NCBI RefSeq assembly: GCF_006345805.1
Contig: NC_042999.1
Span: 34,286,001 to 34,350,000 of the forward strand
From: Octopus sinensis
Lineage: Eukaryota
Reading direction: 5' to 3'
DNA length: 64,000 bases
The translations under genes and the position numbers were made by a program. The notes beneath the pieces are model-generated. The model was not told where the DNA came from. It made no database searches and worked only from the letters and a program-made list of their open reading frames with translations. Below, one piece after another: positions 41,493 to 53,161 of this stretch. The stretch's first letter is position 1. Each line of letters opens with the position of its first letter.

Positions 41493-42367
41493 GTGTTAAA
41501 ATATAAGGCACAAAAAGAAAATGACTTTCCCCATACACAACAGAATATGCTTCAACATACGAACTCATATAAGGAATCATGCAAACCAAATCCAAAAATG
41601 AAATCTAGCTATCTAGCTATATGTCTGTCTGTCTGTGTTTGTGTGTGAGTGTTGTTATGATGCACATGAATTCATGTGAGCGTTTTAATAGTACAAGGAT
41701 ATGTTTGTGAAAACAAAGATAGAGTGTAATGAAATATTCCATGTATAGCAGAGAAATGATATATTTAGCCATAGGCAGAAATATTTCGATATCATGTCAG
41801 CTACAAGGTATTTCTAAGGATTTTATTCATATTCTTTTTATATTGGAAAACAACATTAGTAAGGGTTCCATTCGCGCAGATTTACATTAAAATTTAATTC
41901 GAATATTCTGGTAAACTACATAATACATAACAAATGATTAACAATACCAATATCGAAATCAAGACGAAATGTTACGAGGTGATAGCCCCAACAAATTATC
42001 ATAAAAAATTATGGCATATCTTGAAATTAACATAAGGCGGGCAAATATTGCTGCTTAGATATTGTAAACTACAGTCGCCGTGATGCCTCGATTTTACGAG
42101 ATTCGTAGCTCATTTTGCTTAAATCTAACCTATCTACGTCTTCTAAGAGATATGTATGGGACAGAAATGATGTCAATCGAGAAGAGTAGCCAATAGTATT
42201 TCAAGGTAAACTTAAGTTTTGAGAAAACTGGAACGTATTATTTAGTGTGTAGGCTTTTTTAGATATGCCATCTGGTTATATATTTTTTTACAACGAATAT
42301 ATCCAAAGGAAAAAGGTATCGATGTCCTATGCAGTCAATTATTCGGAGAACTAAATCAATATTATAA

Positions 42368-42596
42368 CTCTTTACTCTCTTTTTACTCTTTAACTTGCTT
42401 CAGTCATTTGACTGCGGCCATGCTGGAGCACCGCCTTTAATCGAGCAACTCGACCCTGGGACTTATTGTTTTATAAGCCCAGTACTTATTCTATCGGTCT
42501 CTTTTGCCGAACCGCTAAGTAACGGGGGCGTAAACACCCCAGCCTCAGTTGTCAAGCAATGCTAGGGGGACAAACACAGACACACAAACACACACA

Positions 42597-42645
<49 letters not shown>

Positions 42646-42803
42646 GACGGGCTTCTTTCAGTTTCCGTCTACCAAATTCACTCACAAGGCTTTGGTCGGC
42701 CCGAATCTATAGTAGAAGACACTAGCCCAAGGTGCCACGCAGTGGAACTGAACCCGGAACCATGTGGCTGGTAAACAAGCTACTTACTACACAGCCACTC
42801 CTG
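42368..42803 (-). mobile_element. SINE family B, full length
   Basis: tRNA-like head, CORE-like segment, internal (TA)n/(CA)n, GGCGGTGCTCCAGCATGGCCGCAG tail. Confidence 0.9.
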
Positions 42804-42819
42804 CTTTTATTAAAAAAAC

Positions 42820-43310
42820 TCAATGAGTTATTGATGCTAAGAGCACTGAGTACGACCATGTGGTGATGGACAGTTTCGACAATTCAGGAGTGTTGAAATG
42901 AAATTGTCTGGCACCTTCCAGCAAGATCAGGCTTAGATGTCCCATACAGAAGTTAAATTAATATGTGAGTGCGATTATAGTGCCAGATGGCTTAATAGAT
43001 TGAAGAAACATCATGGAATTTTATTCAGCAAAGTGTGTGTACGTGTTTGTGATTGTGTATATATGTTAGTGCATGTGTTGGCGTGTGTGTGTGTGCGTGT
43101 GTACAAGAATAATGTGAATATTCAGGAACGGGACGATGGAACTTTTAATGAATTCAAGTAGGTTATCTTCAGGCTGTAGTAACCACAAATAACTCAAATC
43201 TTTAATCAGGGAAGTGCTAATTTTAGAACTATCTTTGAAATAACAGAAATGTAATCTTAAAATGCAACTAAATACAAAGCCGTGTTCCAGTATGAACATA
43301 CACCAGCAGT
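42820..43310 (+). mobile_element. Tigger/pogo transposase relic (CENP-B HTH region)
   Basis: CDYSARWLNRLKKHHGILFSKVC resembles the pogo motif S.GWL..FK.RHGI..C. Confidence 0.55.
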
Positions 43311-43576
43311 TCAAACTAATTAAGAAACAATTGTCTAATCAATGAAGTAGCACGTATATTGTTGCCACGAAGGGAAACTTCTTCATGGGATTGACTCATC
43401 AGCTTAAGAATTTTCTCTATTATCATCAGTAAAAAAAACTGGTTCTTCTGAACATAGGGGAAAACAGGTATTAAGGTGACTTCTCATTTGCAGTATATTC
43501 AAGCGTAAACTACCAATAATATAATATGATATATATTAATATAACTGATATAATATGATAAACTAATAATACATCA

Positions 43577-43898
43577 GTGGAGGCACATGGTCTAGTGGTT
43601 AGAGTAGCGGAATCGCGGTTGAGGGATCGCGGGTTCGAATCTCAGACCGGGCGATGTGTGTGTTTAGGAGCGAAACACCTAAGCTCCACGCGGCTCCGGA
43701 AGAAGCTAATGGCGAAACGTCTGCTGACTCTTTCGCCACCACAACTTTCTCTCACTCGTTCCTCCCTCCTGCATCTTGCAGTTCACCTGCGACAGACCAG
43801 CGTCCAATCCAGGTGGGGGACCTATACAACAAGGAAACCGGGAAACCGGCCCTTATGAGCCAGGCGTGGCTGGAGAAGGAACAAATAACAACAACAAC
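43577..43898 (+). mobile_element. Full-length tRNA-headed SINE (family C head, V-like body)
   Basis: 12-bp TSD AATAATACATCA at 43565-43576 and 43899-43910; A/B boxes; (ACA)n tail. Confidence 0.9.
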
Positions 43899-44619
43899 AA
43901 TAATACATCACGCATCACGCTTAACAATTTCACTAGGTCCTACTCTTACATTTGAAATATTTTCAGAGGTAATCAATACGAGCATCACAAACATAACAAA
44001 CACCATTTCCACCAATATTTCCAATGCTTCTGCTGCTATTGGTTATTTTACTACAAACACAATTACTACACCAGAATAATGTATTCATATAGAGCGAAGA
44101 GAAGCACGATTAGAGATTGTTAATCCAGCAATAGCCACGAAAGAGGGTAAACTGATATGGAATAATGAACATTGATGATACATATAATGAGATTCCAAAA
44201 CATTTCATGATGCGACCGAATATCATTAGATTATATTATTGAGGTCAAATATATCTGAATTGACCTGTTTGTTCCTCGAATATCTCCTGGCATTACGTCA
44301 TCAGTGAGTCCTCCATATCAGATAACATTGTCTCAACTAAAACTTTAATATCTTTTCTCTCTAACGCCGTTGACTCTCCTTGAAAAATAGGAGACTTAAA
44401 AAGTCATCAAATTTAGCCCGAACACCCTATACATTCACATATATATACGTACATACATACACACATAGAAGAATTTTCCATCTTGTATTATTATGGGAAC
44501 AGATGCACACACATGGATGCCTGCATCAATATTTCAACCAACACATCCACATTTACAGTCAGCGGGGACAGTAAAATATTTTTGTTCATCTGTTAACGAT
44601 CAGCATGAACTTTCTCAAT

Positions 44620-45140
44620 AAGAACTTAATAAAAAAATCAAACAAAATCATTCATACATGGCCAGCAGATATTAACATAACCCCGAGGACAAAGAAATAA
44701 GTACTCACAGTATGGTAGAAGCCATAGCCACTCATCATAAAAAGGTGTACTGGTGGAATGTTCCAGTGAAAACCTCAATAAAATCTAAGCACAACATACC
44801 TGATATAATGATTTTGGATAGAGAAGAGTAACAGAGAAGAGTAATTTGTGGAAATTACGGCCCAAGGGATATTAATATAAAGCTGCAGGTTAGTGTAAAA
44901 GAGAACACCTATACTGAACTATTGAGAAATCTACCGTTACTCTATCCAGAATACAAGTTCTGGTTTATACCTGTAATTATTGGGGTCCTAGGATATCTAA
45001 CACATTGCCTAAATACTAATCTTGAGAAATTTGGCTTCTCAAAACCAGAAAGGAGGAAGCTAACTCGAAGACTGCAGATCCAGTACATCACTAGAACTGT
45101 AAAAATCTGTAAAACATTCCAGAAATTTATCAGTTAACAT
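44620..45140 (+). pseudogene. REL-endonuclease LINE 3' fragment
   Basis: YWWNVPVKTSIKSKHNIPDIMI...FIPVIIGVLGY...TVKICKTFQKF. Confidence 0.8.
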
Positions 45141-45399
45141 CTTTAGATATGCAAATATATGCATGATAATATATACATAAAGCAAAACATACAAATCTGC
45201 ACATACACATACATACATCCAAACAAAACTACCATGTTGTTGATGTTGAAATTCCAATAAAGAAGACCTGAATGTACGTTAGAAACTGGCTCTTTCTCCA
45301 TTAGCAAGAAATATCGAATTAAAATTGAACAATGACATACATACATGCATGCATATATACATACATAGGCAACATATGTTAACTACCAAGTGTTGAAGT

Positions 45400-46105
45400 G
45401 CCCCCCTTGACCAAGTTTGCATACACGAGGCTGATAACATCATAAGACTTGGAAGACAGCTCTTTGATCAACATTCCTTGTCTGATAACCTTTAATATAC
45501 ATGCCGAGAGAATCGTCAGATGAAAGGATGAACATATATGAGCAGATTATGCATAGATATGTTAGTAGAAAGCTCCGAGATGATAGTAACACTGATCATC
45601 AAAGCAGTCTATCACAGACCAATAGCCGTTTTAATACCGCCGACGTTGAAGGGTAAGTATTTGCAATCCAGGAACAGGAAATTCCAAAACCTACCTGATG
45701 CACAAAGGTGATAAAGATGCTGGAAAAGCAGTAAAATGTGACATCCGATGCAGACTTTGTCGAGTTAAGACCGAAGATATCATCCACATAATAAACAATT
45801 GTCCGAAAATGTCATCACGGTTTCATCTACCAAAGTGACATGATGTTGGAGCTAGGACACTCTATAATGAAATCTGTCGGAAGGATAACTCGAGGACAAA
45901 TAAATAAATACTCACTCTTTGGTAGAAGCCATAGCCATTCATAATAAAAAGGAGTACTGGTGGAATGCCCCAGTAAAATCCTCAATAAAATATAAGCAGA
46001 ACAAACCTGATATAATGATTTGAAATATAGAAGAGAAACTGTGTACAGGTGAGAAAAAATAGTTGCTCAGCAAATCTTAACATAAAGCAGTAGATGAGTG
46101 AAAAA
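45400..46105 (+). pseudogene. Second REL-LINE fragment with CCHC knuckle, interrupted by mariner
   Basis: FAIQEQEI, CRLCRVKTEDIIHIINNC, HD motif, YWWNAPVKSSIKYKQNKPDIMI; resumes briefly after 47243. Confidence 0.8.
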
Positions 46106-46107
46106 TA

Positions 46108-47241
46108 TTGAGTTGTCTGGAAAATACGTGCCGATTTTTAAAGGAAAGAAAAAGGTCAATAAATACTTGCTATTACATTTTTATCAACCATTTTTCATCA
46201 ACCAAATATAAACCATTTTGTTGCACAATGCGTCTCCATCTTTCCTTTAACTTGAAAATACCCTCTTCCTAGAATTGAGGTGGTTTCATGGCAAAGAATT
46301 CATCAAGATATCTTTTTACGTTATCCAAGGAATTGAAAGTGTTACCATTAAGACTATTCTGCAAAGACCTGAATAAATGGAAATCCGAAGGAGTAATATC
46401 TGGTAAATATGGAGGGTGGGGTAACACATCTCAGCCGAGCTGCAGCAACTTTTTGTCTGGTTCCCAAAGGAACGTGCGGTCTTGCATTATCGTGTTGGAA
46501 AACAACACCCTTCCTGTGTGCCGTATTTCTCAGAATTAATTGTCTGGTTACTTGGTAGAAGCTCAGATTACAGAATTCCTTTCCAATCCCACCAGACACA
46601 AGCAACACTTTTTTAGATTGAAGACCCGCTTTTGGGGTGGCTAAGAGTGGCTCATGTCGCTTACTCCAGGATCGCTTTCTCTGAACATTTCGGTAGATAA
46701 TCTATCACAGATGGAAATGCGATCCAAAAGGTGCCCAAATGTCGTAGAGATTTGTGTACCCAAGCTTTACCAGGTACTCATGAACGTCGGATTTTGATAG
46801 GTTGAAGCTTTCTGCCAATTCTCGGGTTGTACAATGTGAGTTATTCTCAATTAATGACTTGATTTGGTCATCATCTGTAGGGATGGTCTGCCTGATCACT
46901 CTTTATCAGTAAGGCTACAATCTCCAGCTCGGAACCTTGCGAAACACTTCCGTACAGTTCTTTCGGATAAAGAAACATCACCGTAAACTGCGCATATTTC
47001 TTTAGTTGCTTGTGAGGCATCTTTCCCTTTACGGAAAAATGAACTTTCTTATCTTCCATTTTAAAGGGTTACAGAATTAATACAGGTTATAGGAACATTA
47101 ACCTTCTTCCACGAAAAGATAGCTTAAACTGTGCTCTGAATGGAGGTGTAGTCAAATCCTATTTTATGAACTCAACCATGTTATGAAAAAAGTGGGAAGG
47201 TAAGCTACTATAAATCGGCGCGAACTTTCCAGGCAACCCAA
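46108..47241 (-). mobile_element. Mariner element (1134 bp, internally deleted and frameshifted)
   Basis: TA TSD at 46106-46107 and 47242-47243; ~30-bp TIR TTGRGTTGYCTGGAAA..CG.GCCGATTT; MEDKKVHF start, VFQHDNARPH and HPPYLPDITPSDFHLF. Confidence 0.92.
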
Positions 47242-47549
47242 TAGAATACCTACCTGAATAATGGCAGTCATACATATGTTGATACATATATTAATTTCTA
47301 CTTATTCGAAGTCTAATGTTTAAGGATAACATAGATTTTGTGAACGGATTCTTCGTTATTGCCGAGAAATTTTAAACGTAATATCACAACCTACTTATGT
47401 TCGCACACACACACTCATACACACAAACACACACATACACACACACATGTGCACAAAGATACATACATGCGCATAAAGGATCGATCTCAGCACTCAATAT
47501 ACCATGGAACAGCAATGTATCTATGCACTGCTGTCTTCTACGTTAACAT

Positions 47550-47933
47550 GGAGGCGCAATGGCCCAGTAGTTAGGGTAGCGGACTCGCGGTCATAGGATC
47601 GCAGTTTCGATTCCCAGACCGGGCGTTGTGAGTGTTTATTGAGCGAAAACACCTAAAAGCTCCACGAGGCTCCGGCAGGGATGGTGATCCCTGCTGTACT
47701 CTTTCACCACAACTTTCTCTCACTCTTACTTCCTGTTTCTGTTGTACCTGTATTTCAAAGGGCCGGCCTTGTCACTCTCTGTGTCACGCTGAATATCCCC
47801 GAGAACTACGTTAAGGGTGCACGTATCTGTGGAGTGCTCAGCCACTTACACGTTAATTTCACGAGCAGGCTGTTCCGTTGATTCGGATCAACCGGAACCC
47901 TCATCGTCGTAACCGACGGAGTGCTTCCATCCA
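47550..47933 (+). mobile_element. Full-length tRNA-headed SINE (family C head, alternative 3' body)
   Basis: 13-bp TSD TCTACGTTAACAT at 47537-47549 and 47934-47946; GGCGCAATGGCCCAGT...TTCGATTCCC head. Confidence 0.92.
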
Positions 47934-48627
47934 TCTACGTTAACATTAACATCATGTAAGTGTACTCAAAGTGACCCAACAGAAGAGTGAGGTGAATTTA
48001 CACATTGCCGAAATGCAAGTTGTGCATTTGCTTGAAGGAAACTTACTCAAATACAATTTTTCCTCCACAACTAAATTTTTGGTCTTTATGATATTACAGA
48101 ACTTGCAAACATCCCTAAGGCTAAAAGCACGATGTGTCTAGTCCATTAGTGAAATTTCTTTTGCCAATTGCAGTATGATGCCTAAAGGAAATATATTTAT
48201 AAATGTATTATTTGCCTATGGATTTTCTTTGCAGCTATTTAACTGCCGAATAATGGTTGACAGAATATTGTTAGTTGTTGTCAAGTTTATTAATTCTGTG
48301 CATGCACAAACACGGCAACATTTTATAAAGCTGTTAGCACAATCACTTACTGTAATTTTTATTTTTACTTTTTTCCTGTTACTTGCACGTAAATGAAATC
48401 ATGATCCCGATTCTGTTCATACACGGCATGTGTAAAAACAAATAGATCCAACCAAGAACTAAACCCAGTTTACATAAATTATATAGTTTACATACACACC
48501 ACACCACACCACACCTACACTCATACACACATGCGTATGTCTGTGAGTACAAATATGTATGTATGTACAGATGGATGTATATGTATGTATATATATATGC
48601 ATATAAGAAGTATATATATATTATATA

Positions 48628-48659
<32 letters not shown>

Positions 48660-48688
48660 GTACATATATATGTATGCAGATATATATA

Positions 48689-48720
<32 letters not shown>

Positions 48721-48723
<3 letters not shown>

Positions 48724-49189
48724 CGGAATGGTCATATTGCCAGTTTAGCCAATAAAACACACGCACTATATATTTGGTGTTATTTTGCTTCAGTGATATT
48801 TATTATTTACATTAATCTTAATCTTATTTCGGCCAAAGTTCTTTCGTTACACTCCTGTGACCGCATCAGTGGTCCTTTGTTTTCTTCTCATTTATTTGTG
48901 TCTCTCCTTACTAACCGTCAGCCATTTTGTATTTCTATTGTATGTCTTCATTTGCGCATGCTTATATCTCTATGTGCGTCTATGTTTATTTAGTGTGTGT
49001 GTGGGGGATGCCTGTAATATTTGTATCTTCTGTTTATATACATTCTTGTAATTTGTATTTTGTTTTTGTTGTTGTTGCTTTTGTTCTAATTTTGTTCATG
49101 TGTTTACATCCACCCATTATTATCATTACATATGCTTGTATGTATGTATAACAACAATATTAGTAATAATAATAATAAATCTAATCGAA

Positions 49190-49243
<54 letters not shown>

Positions 49244-49446
49244 CACACATATATACACATATACATATATATATATATACACATATACATACATAGATAT
49301 ATATACATATATATAGTTATTCATTTCTATTTCTTTAATTATCTGTGTATTTATTATGTTTGCAGAATCCACTATCGTCATATGTTGTGGTGTGTGCTAT
49401 TGCTCCATTCTAGTTTGGCTAAACTGGCAATATGACCATTCCGAAA
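48721..49446. mobile_element. 726-bp element with perfect 32-bp terminal inverted repeats, in TA context
   Basis: TTTCGGAATGGTCATATTGCCAGTTTAGCCAA at 48721-48752 and its exact reverse complement at 49415-49446. Confidence 0.85.
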
Positions 49447-49514
49447 TATAACGATATCTGTTTCAACACACGACTTTACATAAAAAATCTTGCACAACAA
49501 ATATTTAAACGTAT

Positions 49515-49581
<67 letters not shown>

Positions 49582-49711
49582 ATATATATCAACAATCAAG
49601 GAACGGCCATAATAGGCCATTCACCCACTAGAAATAACAGCCAAAGCTTCAACCGCAAATAAAAATCAATTCCGTAAACCAGGAGAAAATTTTAAAAACA
49701 TTTACCCTGTA

Positions 49712-49818
49712 ATTTCTTATACGATGCACCGTTTCATCTGCTGTTTAATGGTAAACTAACCTGATTAAATTAAATCAAGCCAATCTTCCATAGGCCCTCA
49801 GATTCTTCAGTAAGAAAT
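49712..49818 (-). ncRNA. Type I hammerhead ribozyme, copy 1
   Basis: Same fold as 51089-51195 on the reverse strand; predicted cleavage 3' of the A complementary to 49720. Confidence 0.85.
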
Positions 49819-50201
49819 AGCCCAAGTCGGAACAGATATTTTCACGAGGCATTTCCGACCCTGCCAAGGTAATATCTGACCTAAAATTTTCAAATCGTCG
49901 CACTCGCGCCAAATTTATCGGCAGCAAATAAATATAAGCCGTCGATTACATTACGGAATTAACCAGAAAATTCATAATTAATCAACATAGGGTGGCAAAA
50001 AAAATTTTGTAGAATTTTTTGCCACCAGCGGCCTAGTGGGAAAAAATTAAATAGTCATAGACCATTTTTAAGTTCAACATCAACAAAAAGGAACGGCCAT
50101 AATAGGCCATTCACCCACTAGAAATAACAGCCAAAGCTTCAACCGCAAATAAAAATCAATTCCGTAAACCAGGAGAAAATTTAAAAAACATTTACCCTGT
50201 A

Positions 50202-50308
50202 ATTTCTTATACGATGCACCGTTTCATCTGCTGTTTAATGGTAAACTAACCTGATTAAATTAAATCAAGCCAATCTTCCATAGGCCCTCAGATTCTTCAG
50301 TAAGAAAT
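50202..50308 (-). ncRNA. Type I hammerhead ribozyme, copy 2
   Basis: Intact core and stems on the reverse strand. Confidence 0.85.
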
Positions 50309-50692
50309 AGCCCAAGTCGGAACAGATATTTTCATGAGGCATTTCCGACCCTGCCAAGGTAATATCTGACCTAAAATTTTCAAATCGTCGCACTCGCGCC
50401 AAATTTATCGGCAGCAAATAAATATAAGCCGTCGATTCCATTACGGAATTAACCAGAAAATTCATAATTAATCAATATAGGGTGGCAAAAAAAAATTGTA
50501 GAATTTTTTTGCCACCAGCGGCCCAGTGGGAAAAAATTAAATAGTCATAGACCATTTTTAAGTTCAACATCAACAATCAAGGAACGGCCATAATAGGCCA
50601 TTCACCCACTAGAAATAACAGCCAAAGCTTCAACCGCAAATAAAAATCAATTCCGTAAACAAGGAGAAAATTTAAAAAACATTTACCCTGTA

Positions 50693-50799
50693 ATTTCTTA
50701 TACGATGCACCGTTTCATCTCATGTTTAATGGTAAACAAACCTGATTAAATTAAATCAAGCCAATCTTCCATAGGCCCTCAGATTCTTCAGTAAGAAAT
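50693..50799 (-). ncRNA. Type I hammerhead ribozyme, copy 3 (stem II weakened)
   Basis: Core intact; stem II 3' strand reads UGAGAU, giving 4 bp then a G.G mismatch. Confidence 0.75.
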
Positions 50800-51088
50800 A
50801 GCCCAAGTCGGAACAGATATTTTCACGAGGCATTTCCGACCCTGCCAAGGTAATATCTGACCTAAAATTTTCAAATCGTCGCACTCGCGCCAAATTTATC
50901 GGCAGCAAATAAATATAAGCCGTCGATTCCATTACGGAATTAACCAGAAAATTCATAATTAATCAATATAGGGTGGCAAAAAAAATTTTGTAGAATTTTC
51001 TTGCCACCAGCGGCCTAGTGGGAAAAAATTAAATAGTCATAGACAGGGTCGGAAATGCCTCGTGAAAATATCTGTTCCGACTTGGGCT

Positions 51089-51195
51089 ATTTCTTACTGA
51101 AGAATCTGAGGGCCTATGGAAGATTGGCTTGATTTAATTTAATCAGGTTAGTTTACCATTAAACATCAGATGAAACGGTGCATCGTATAAGAAAT
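51089..51195 (+). ncRNA. Type I hammerhead ribozyme, copy 4 (reference copy)
   Basis: Stem I ATTTCTTA 51089-96 with TAAGAAAT 51188-95; CTGAAGA 51097-103; stem II ATCTGA 51104-09 with TCAGAT 51166-71; GAAA 51172-75; stem III ACG 51175-77 with CGT 51184-86; H17=A 51187. Confidence 0.88.
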
Positions 51196-51583
51196 TACAG
51201 GGTAAATGTTTTTTTAAATTTTCTCCTGGTTTACGGAATTGATTTTTATTTGCGGTTGAAGCTTTGGCTGTTATTTCTAGTCGGTGAATGGCCTATTATG
51301 GCCGTTCCTTGATTGTTGATGTTGAACTTAAAAATAGTCTATGACTATTTAATTTTTTCCCACTAGGCCGCTGGTGGCAAAAAAATTCTACAAAATTTTT
51401 TTTTGCCACCCTATATTGATTAATTATGAATTTTCTGGTTAATTCCGTAATGGAATCGACGGCTTATATTTATTTGCTGCCGATAAATTTGGCGCGAGTG
51501 CGACGATTAGAAAATTTTAGGTCAGATATTACCTTGGCAGGGGTCGGAAATGCCTCGTGAAAATATCTGTTCCGACTTGGGCT

Positions 51584-51690
51584 ATTTCTTACTGTAGAAT
51601 CTGAGGGCCTATGGAAGATTGGCTTGATTTAATTTAATCAGGTTAGTTTACCATTAAACAGCAGATGAAACGGTGCATCGTATAAGAAAT
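51584..51690 (+). ncRNA. Hammerhead copy 5 with core mutation CUGUAGA (likely inactive)
   Basis: A6 replaced by T at 51595. Confidence 0.7.
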
Positions 51691-52073
51691 TACAGGGTAA
51701 ATGTTTTTTAAATTTTCTCCTGGTTTACGGAATTGATTTTTATTTGCGGTTGAAGCTTTGGCTGTTATTTCTAGTGGGTGAATGGCCTATTATGGCCGTT
51801 CCTTGATTGTTGATGTTGAACTTAAAAATGGTCTATGACTATTTAATTTTTCCCACTAGGCCGCTGGTGGCAAAAAAATTCTACAAAATTTTTTTTGCCA
51901 CCCTATATTGATTAATTATGAATTTTTGGTTAATTCCGTAATGGAATCGACGGCTTATATTTATTTGCTGCCGATAAATTTGGCGCGAGTGCGACGATTT
52001 GAAAATTTTAGGTCAGATATTACCTTGGCAGGGTCGGAAATGCCTCGTGAAAAATTCTGTTCCGACTTGGGCT

Positions 52074-52180
52074 ATTTCTTACTGAAGAATCTGAGGGCCT
52101 ATGGAAGATTGGCTTGATTTAATTTAATCAGGTTAGTTTACCATTAAACATCAGATGAAACGGTGCATCGTATAAGAAAT
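52074..52180 (+). ncRNA. Type I hammerhead ribozyme, copy 6
   Basis: Intact; H17 at 52172. Confidence 0.85.
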
Positions 52181-52564
52181 TACAGGGTAAATGTTTTTTA
52201 ATTTTCTCCTTGTTTACGGAATTGATTTTTATTTGCGGTTGAAGCTTTGGCTGTTATTTCTAGTGGGTGAATGGCCTATTATGGCCGTTCCTTGATTCTT
52301 GATGTTGAACTTAAAAATGGTCTATGACTATTTAATTTTTTCCCACTAGGCCGCTGGTGGCAAAAAAATTCTACAAATTTTTTTTTGCCACCCTATATTG
52401 ATTAATTATGAATTTTCTGTTTAATTCCGTAATGGAATCGACGGCTTATATTTATTTGCTGCCGATAAATTTGGCGCGAGTGCGACGATTTGAAAATTTT
52501 AGGTCAGATATTACCTTGGCAGGGTCGGAAATGCCTCGTGAAAATATCTGTTCCGACTTGGGCT

Positions 52565-52671
52565 ATTTCTTACTGAAGAATCTGAGGGCCTATGGAAGAT
52601 TGGCTTGATTTAATTTAATCAGGTTAGTTTACCATTAAACAGCAGATGAAACGGTGCATCGTATAAGAATT
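52565..52671 (+). ncRNA. Type I hammerhead ribozyme, copy 7
   Basis: Core intact; distal stem I mismatch (TAAGAATT); H17 at 52663. Confidence 0.8.
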
Positions 52672-53054
52672 TACAGGGTAAATGTTTTTTTAAATTTTCT
52701 CCTTTTACGGAATTGATTTTATTTGCGGTTGAAGCTTTGGCTGTTATTTCTAGTGGGTGAATGGCCTATTATGGCCGTTCCTTGATTGATGATGTTGAAC
52801 TTAAAAATGGTCTATGACTATTTAATTTTTTCCCACTAGGCCGCTGGTGGCAAAAAAATTCTACAAAATTTTTTTTGCCACCCTATATTGATTAATTATG
52901 AATTTTCTGGTTAATTCCGTAATGGAATCGACGGCTTATTTTATTTGCTGCCGATAAATTTGGCGCGAGTGCGACGATTTGAAAATTTTAGGTCAGATAT
53001 TACCTTGGCAGGGTCGGAAATGCCTCGTGAAAATATCTTGTTCCGACTTGGGCT

Positions 53055-53161
53055 ATTTCTTACTGAAGAATCTGAGGGCCTATGGAAGATTGGCTTGATT
53101 TAATTTAATCAGGTTAGTTTACCATTAAACATCAGATGAAACGGTGCATCGTATAAGAAAT
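53055..53161 (+). ncRNA. Type I hammerhead ribozyme, copy 8
   Basis: Intact; H17 at 53153. Confidence 0.85.

Noticed and set aside
38050-41900. Similar ~200-bp segments at 38050-38260 and 41690-41900
   Set aside because: Highly diverged and consistent with an old dispersed repeat; no ends or function discernible
47550-47625. tRNA-like sequences at 4980, 43577 and 47550 as tRNA genes
   Set aside because: They continue into SINE bodies with TSDs and do not form complete cloverleafs
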